Below are positions 59,197 through 64,000 of a stretch of DNA of 64,000 bases, piece after piece. The translations under genes and the position numbers were made by a program. Every line of letters begins with the position of its first letter. Positions within the stretch are counted from its first letter, which is position 1. Source of the stretch: a virus (taxonomy: Duplodnaviria > Caudoviricetes). The notes beneath the pieces are model-generated. The model saw nothing but the letters and a program-made list of their open reading frames with translations. It ran no database searches and was not told the origin of the DNA. Location: IMG/VR virus record IMGVR_UViG_3300032070_000007, positions 2,892 to 66,891 of that record; one strand, written 5' to 3'.

Positions 59197-59396
59197 GTTA
59201 TAAAAGTTGGGGAGGAAGAAAAATAGTTAGGAGAAAAGATGTGAAAGGAAAATGTGGAGTTTGTGGAAAAGAGGAAGTGGAAATGATAGAATTGGAAAGG
59301 AAAGAAGGAGAAAGTGAGGAAATAGGATTAGTGATGGAAGTTTGTAAGAGTTGTAAGTATGTAATAGATTGGGGATTAGGAAAAGAGGATTGGTAG
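59193..59396 (+). CDS. Zn-ribbon protein encoded without C
   Basis: GGAGGTGG RBS; CGVCG...CKSC. Confidence 0.75.
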   Translation: MSYKSWGGRKIVRRKDVKGKCGVCGKEEVEMIELERKEGESEEIGLVMEVCKSCKYVIDWGLGKEDW

Positions 59397-59416
59397 AAGG
59401 ATATTAAGTAAGAAAG

Positions 59417-59426
59417 TTTTTTTTTT
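59417..59426 (+). terminator. oligo-T terminator
   Basis: T10 run 20 nt after the last stop of the operon. Confidence 0.7.
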
Positions 59427-59454
59427 GTAAGTTTGGATTTTGGAAATTTAGTAT

Positions 59455-59670
59455 CGTAAATCGTACGACTTAAGTCTTACTTCTTAATACTTCATACAAC
59501 TCACCTCACCCTCCCCAAATCTTAAGACTTAAGACTTCAGAAAGTGTCGTAAGTCTTAAGACTCAAGTCTTAATATACATCTTTCCAAAGTTCCTCTCTG
59601 TTTCCATTATAACGGAAAGTTCCAATAATATATAAATACTTTCCCTTGGTATCGTAAGTCTTACGACACG
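59455..59670. repeat. TAAGAC/GTCTTA palindromic array (right)
   Basis: AGTCTTAAGACT, TAAGACTCAAGTCTTA, TCGTAAGTCTTACGA; further copies at 60196-60260. Confidence 0.65.
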
Positions 59671-59745
59671 GAAGTTTACACTTTTATATAAACTTTTAAA
59701 TGTTTAGGAGTAAGGAAAGTTAAAAAGTTTACACTTTTATGTTGA

Positions 59746-59762
59746 CAAAATTTATATACTAG
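59746..59762 (+). promoter_or_regulatory. BRE-TATA promoter
   Basis: CAAAATTTATATACT upstream of 59805; similar CAAAGTTTATATATT at about 60714. Confidence 0.65.
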
Positions 59763-59804
59763 AAAGTATATATTATAAGTGGAAATAAAAGGAGGTGAAA
59801 AGGA

Positions 59805-60050
59805 ATGCAAATAAATGCGGAAGAATGGGAAGCGGGAACTGCAGTTTCGGCAAGCGAAAATAAGGAAGCAATTCTGAAAGCGTTTGCAAAAGTGAAGGGC
59901 AAAGGAATGGATATGAAGGAAATTGGAAAGCTAAGCGGACTAAAGTGGCCATATGGAGCAGTAAAGGCTTTAGTGGAAGATGGAAAGCTGGAACGCAAGC
60001 AGTTCGGAAAGAAGTTTGGGTATAGGATGGTAGAAGTTAAGGAGGAATAA
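59805..60050 (+). CDS. small winged-helix protein (paralog)
   Basis: GGAGGTGA RBS; GMDMKEIGKLSGLKW...VKALVEDGKLERKQFGKKFGY. Confidence 0.8.
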   Translation: MQINAEEWEAGTAVSASENKEAILKAFAKVKGKGMDMKEIGKLSGLKWPYGAVKALVEDGKLERKQFGKKFGYRMVEVKEE

Positions 60051-60765
60051 ACCTCCTAACTTTCCATCCTCCAAACTCCAACCTTTGTTTGAAATCCAAC
60101 CGTGCAAAGTCGGAATTGTAGAACTTTGGCGGCGATGGGGTGAGCCCAACCATATGGCTGCCGGTAGTGTGGGAACCCGGGGCATGTCGTAAATCCTAAG
60201 ACTCAAGTCTTACTACTTAAGTCTTAAGGTACTCATCTGAACTCCTAAGACTCAAGTAACATACCTTACGATTACAATTTGCGTACGACCTAGATCCTGT
60301 ATGACGGGCTTCCAAAAACGTTTCCAACATAAAAACGGTGATACTACTATATGTTTTTTTATGAGCCGTTTAAACGGTTAACCGTTGCATCTGAACACCT
60401 AAGACTCAATACACTATCCTTCCGTTCTTCCCGTATAGTAGAGGACTTAGTACTTTCCCATATTTCCACTCTTTCCCATATATAAATAAAGTTTACTTGA
60501 GAATGTAAACGTCTTGTGGTGAGATAGGCATATATTTCTAGGCTCGTAAACATATGGGGTTTACATAAAGATGTAAACTTCCTTATGTGGCTGAGGCGCA
60601 TCTTCTTACTTTTAATATGGAGGTTTAATTGAATATGTAAATTTACATTTTTATGTAAACTTTTAATATGGTCATGTTTTAGGCTTCATCGTAGGTTTAC
60701 AGCATCGTGTAGACAAAGTTTATATATTTGAAAATTAATTTTACTTTGTACTTAAGGGACTCAAA

Positions 60766-61512
60766 ATGGAAATAAAAAATAAGCTTCCAGAAATGGAAAA
60801 GCAACTTCCAGAACACCTTCAAATTCTAGAACTAAAGGATTGCGTATTCACGTACGATGAAGTAACAAAGAGAGGTTTGCAAAATGCATTCCAACTTTAT
60901 TGTAGACAGAGGTTGATAGTGGAGTACAGCAAGGTGATTAGACAAAGGGTTAAGGTTAGGGGCGTCGGAATTGCTAAGTTCAAGCAGAAGTATAATGTTC
61001 CAAAAGGTACTGCACTTTATACTTTTGTTCGGGACCACGAGACAAAGGAGTATAAGGAATTGGAAAGGCTTTGGGTGAAGAGAATAGCGTGGATACAAAT
61101 GGTTGATAGGGTGAATTGTGATAGGGTTGATAGGGTTGTGGAGGATTCACAAAGGGCAACCGAGAGGCACAAAACGAAGAGTATCGATAAGCAGATTGTG
61201 GAGGAGGTTGAGTGGTTGAAAGGTGCTAAAGTGCAACCAAGAACAAAAGGACCATTCATATGTAAAGAATGCGGAGGTACAACTTATCGGGTTAATAAAG
61301 GACAGCAAGCGTGCACTAGTTGTGGAGTCGGCTTTAATACACAAAGTGCAGGTCCTGGTCCGAGGGTAATAAAGAGACCAAAAAGGAAATTCAAAAGAGT
61401 GGAGTACATTAACGGAGATGTGAAAGTGTTGAGTAAGGAGGGGCAACTAACGAATGGTGTAATGGAAGTTTATGGTCACGAAGGGTGGATGAGTGGCAAG
61501 GGGGTGATGTAA
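60766..61512 (+). CDS. hypothetical protein with Zn ribbon
   Basis: CKECGG...CTSCG; own TATA box. Confidence 0.7.
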   Translation: MEIKNKLPEMEKQLPEHLQILELKDCVFTYDEVTKRGLQNAFQLYCRQRLIVEYSKVIRQRVKVRGVGIAKFKQKYNVPKGTALYTFVRDHETKEYKELERLWVKRIAWIQMVDRVNCDRVDRVVEDSQRATERHKTKSIDKQIVEEVEWLKGAKVQPRTKGPFICKECGGTTYRVNKGQQACTSCGVGFNTQSAGPGPRVIKRPKRKFKRVEYINGDVKVLSKEGQLTNGVMEVYGHEGWMSGKGVM

Positions 61513-61845
61513 ATGGTAACTGAGGAAGAAATGATAGACCAGATAGTCATTGCGGAAAGCAAAGAGGAGTTTGATGAGTCAGTTCATATACTTGAAAAGA
61601 TAGCAAAGGTATATGGATACACATGTGAGATGACGGATGATGGGAACTGGATACTTTCAAATCTAGGAACAGAAACCAAAATAGAAGTACTGTTCGATTC
61701 TAGTAGAGGAGGAGACGTTCCAATGTGGTTGACGGTTAACGATAAGACAACTACTGAGCTTGTGGATCCAGACGCTCCTAGAAAGATAGTTGAGAAGTGC
61801 ATAGCGTTCATGAAGGAACATAAGGACTCCCCTTCGAGTCGTTGA
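61513..61845 (+). CDS. acidic hypothetical protein
   Basis: GGGGTGA RBS. Confidence 0.65.
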   Translation: MVTEEEMIDQIVIAESKEEFDESVHILEKIAKVYGYTCEMTDDGNWILSNLGTETKIEVLFDSSRGGDVPMWLTVNDKTTTELVDPDAPRKIVEKCIAFMKEHKDSPSSR

Positions 61846-61893
61846 AAAGTACGACGAGACCTTTTTGGTAGGGAGCACTAGAATGGAGGTGAT

Positions 61894-62139
61894 ATGATGC
61901 CAATAATTGATGAAGAGGAATGGGAAAGTGGAACTGCTTCTACTTCTGGCGCCACTGAATCAATACTGGAAGCGTTCAAGAACTTAGGAGCAAACAAGGG
62001 CATGGACATGGCGGAAGTCAAGAAGATCACTGGACTCAAATGGATCTTTGGTCCCATGAAGCAGCTGGTTGAGGCCGGCAAGTTGGAGCGCAAGAAATTC
62101 GGCAAGCGGTTCGCGTATAGGCTTGTAGCCCAAGAGTAG
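61894..62139 (+). CDS. small winged-helix protein (paralog)
   Basis: Close paralog of 59805; followed by a T-run at about 62147. Confidence 0.8.
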   Translation: MMPIIDEEEWESGTASTSGATESILEAFKNLGANKGMDMAEVKKITGLKWIFGPMKQLVEAGKLERKKFGKRFAYRLVAQE

Positions 62140-62278
62140 GCTACAGTTTTTTTTTGTTCGATTAGTACAGAGTAGTAATTTGGTTAACAATTACATTATT
62201 TGGATAGATTTGAGTTTAAATCGGAATTTGTAAGAAGTTTTTTGTAAACTAATAAACTCGGGATGCGGAGGTGATAAA

Positions 62279-62545
62279 ATGCCGATAAGTGCAGAAAGGG
62301 AAGGAGTAGATGTTAAGAAAGCATTTCCGCCAGGGTACACAGAATACCGGAAGCTCCATAGCAAAGTAATGGTAGTCGCGAAGGTCGGGTACAACAATGA
62401 CTGGGCTGCTTATTGTGGTCCGGTTGCAGGAATCAAATCTGAAGACGAGTGGCAGGATGTAGCAGATAACGGCGATAAAATCCCTAAAGGGATAGCTGAA
62501 TTAATGTTTAGACACCTGGCCAAAATATACACATATAGGGAATAG
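62279..62545 (+). CDS. hypothetical protein
   Basis: GGAGGTGA RBS. Confidence 0.7.
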   Translation: MPISAEREGVDVKKAFPPGYTEYRKLHSKVMVVAKVGYNNDWAAYCGPVAGIKSEDEWQDVADNGDKIPKGIAELMFRHLAKIYTYRE

Positions 62546-62780
62546 GGATCATGCGAAATGTGCAAGAAAATACACAAAGGAGTATGTGCCAATTTAGGTT
62601 CAAAGTTACCTCTTTGTGAGCAGTGGAGGAGGTGAGAACGTGATAGAAGAAAAGAAAGTAGACGAAGAAGAAGACGAAGATTGGGATGATGAAGAAGAGT
62701 AAGCCCCTAGAGTCTTTGCAAATTAAGACGAAGCGAACTTTTTTCTCGTAGGGTGACATAAGTAACGGAGGTGGAAATGT

Positions 62781-62948
62781 ATGGATATACAGGTAAAGGA
62801 ATCAAAGAACGTAACGACTCTCATCTTCTATACCACTTCAGATCGACTGGCAAATGCCAAGGCCGCTATCGAAGAGATGAAGCCAATTCTTGAGAAGCAC
62901 GGGTTCATAGTTGAGAACGTTCGAGAGAGTCTAACGAAAAGACCTTAG
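62781..62948 (+). CDS. small hypothetical protein (55 aa, not in ORF track)
   Basis: GGAGGTGG RBS; MDIQVKESKNVTTL...*. Confidence 0.5.
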   Translation: MDIQVKESKNVTTLIFYTTSDRLANAKAAIEEMKPILEKHGFIVENVRESLTKRP

Positions 62949-62975
62949 TAGTGAGTTCCCTTACAATGTAAGGAG

Positions 62976-63203
62976 GTGAAAAGTATGGAACCTAAATGTA
63001 TACATGTTCTTGATGGAATAGTGGAATGGACTGGTTGTCTCACTGGTTACCAACACTGCAGCATTTGCAGTAAGCAAGTGCCATTTGTTGTACCAGAAGT
63101 ACGCTGTAAAAGAAAGGCCAAACACTGCGGATACCGGCTACCGGATGGAGTATGTGTTCCAATTTCCAGGTACGATTACTTGTTTGAGTGCTCGAAGAAG
63201 TGA
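62976..63203 (+). CDS. Cys-rich small protein
   Basis: GGAGGTGA; multiple Cys; start possibly ATG 62985. Confidence 0.55.
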   Translation: MKSMEPKCIHVLDGIVEWTGCLTGYQHCSICSKQVPFVVPEVRCKRKAKHCGYRLPDGVCVPISRYDYLFECSKK

Positions 63204-63219
63204 TGGGGAGGTGAAGTAG

Positions 63220-63408
63220 ATGGCAGTTAAACTGAAGTGTACGCAGTTCATTGAACAGCATTTGAAGGCTTATCTTAAGGATGGAGATTTGTTCAAACTG
63301 TTGAAGAATATGCTGGCAGATGCTAGGAACTACGGTACAGACACACATCATTATGCACTTATCAAGGAACTCGAGCGTATATGTATTGAACAGGGAGTGA
63401 GTCGGTGA
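63220..63408 (+). CDS. hypothetical protein
   Basis: GGAGGTGA RBS. Confidence 0.6.
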   Translation: MAVKLKCTQFIEQHLKAYLKDGDLFKLLKNMLADARNYGTDTHHYALIKELERICIEQGVSR

Positions 63409-63615
63409 ATGCTTTGGAACTGCGTTAAAGCAATGTTAGGCCTTAGAGTCAACGTTCATCTGGCCGACGGTTCGGTTGTTGTGAACGTAAGAGTAAACAA
63501 GTTGGACCGAGACTTCTACGGTAAGCCAATAGTGCAGGTAGATTCCAGGTTTATTCTTCTCAGTAGCATAGCTCATATGGACAAACTTTCAGAGGTGATG
63601 TTAGGTGAAGACTGA
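63409..63615 (+). CDS. small beta-barrel (Sm-like?) protein
   Basis: LGLRVNVHLADGSVV resembles an Sm1 motif. Confidence 0.45.
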   Translation: MLWNCVKAMLGLRVNVHLADGSVVVNVRVNKLDRDFYGKPIVQVDSRFILLSSIAHMDKLSEVMLGED

Positions 63616-63805
63616 AAAAGTTGTTACCATGGTTTGTCCTAGTTGCAAAGCTGAGTTTGAACCGGAGCCAATCATTATGATTCAGAAAGATGGCAGTACA
63701 CGCATGGAACTTCATTTGAAGAAAACCTGCAAATACTGTGGCAAAGGATTAGTTCGGAGAGTTGAAAAACATGCCGTGGATAAGGGACCGGGAGCTGCAC
63801 CCTGA
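63605..63805 (+). CDS. Zn-ribbon protein
   Basis: CPSC...CKYCG; GAGGTGA RBS. Confidence 0.6.
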   Translation: MKTEKVVTMVCPSCKAEFEPEPIIMIQKDGSTRMELHLKKTCKYCGKGLVRRVEKHAVDKGPGAAP

Positions 63806-64000
63806 GTGGGAACAGCGGTACCAGGAACCAGCTAGAGTGATGTTAATGCTCTGTGGACCAAAGATATTCATAAATGCCGAGAGAAAGGACACACAGATCG
63901 AGATTTGGTTGAGTTGGATAAAAATGGGGGTTGCAGGGTAAGGAGGTGATTACATTGCCGTTTAGTTGTAAGAAACCAGCATGTTTGGAACAAGTGCTAG

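Larger units (their letters stand above)
58431..59454 (+). other. cytosine-free tract (guanine-free template strand), 1024 nt
   Basis: Last C at 58430, next C at 59455; every intervening line checked by eye. Confidence 0.95.

Noticed and set aside
58431-59454. C-free tract as a bisulfite/deamination or low-complexity assembly artefact
   Set aside because: ORFs, RBSs, gene overlaps and Zn-ribbon cysteines are intact, the coding part is A/G-rich rather than T-rich, and differences from paralogs are not C-to-T. Read-level confirmation is still needed.
63955-64000. Direct circular join of the window end to position 1
   Set aside because: Both ends are + strand early-type genes, but no terminal overlap is visible and a direct join does not enter the 2-412 frame
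1-64000. tRNA, rRNA, integrase or att sites
   Set aside because: None recognised by eye; lifestyle cannot be assigned from this window

Overview
Most of the genome of a tailed archaeal virus (HK97-type head, long-tail gene set). Archaeal TTTAWATA promoters, oligo-T terminators and GGAGGTGA ribosome-binding sites occur throughout, and two genes resemble Bathyarchaeia proteins, the tentative host. The + strand (1-22264 and 58640-64000) carries early, replication and DNA-modification genes: UvrD-like helicase, AAA ATPase, PolB, Cas4-like and ERCC4 nucleases, MCM-like ATPase, ThyX, MazG-like proteins and a 7-deazaguanine pathway (FolE2, QueD, QueE, QueC, QueF, DpdA/TGT-like), with a GNAT acetyltransferase overlapping queF. 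The - strand (22299-57982) carries the morphogenesis module from terminase to tail. The standout signal is a 1024-nt block (58431-59454) without a single C on the + strand, so its template strand has no G. It spans a promoter, three intact genes whose proteins lack Ala/Pro/Thr/Gln/His, and a terminator. My inference is a G-free-template starter operon for a virus whose guanines are hypermodified. All calls come from motif recognition by eye; no searches were run.
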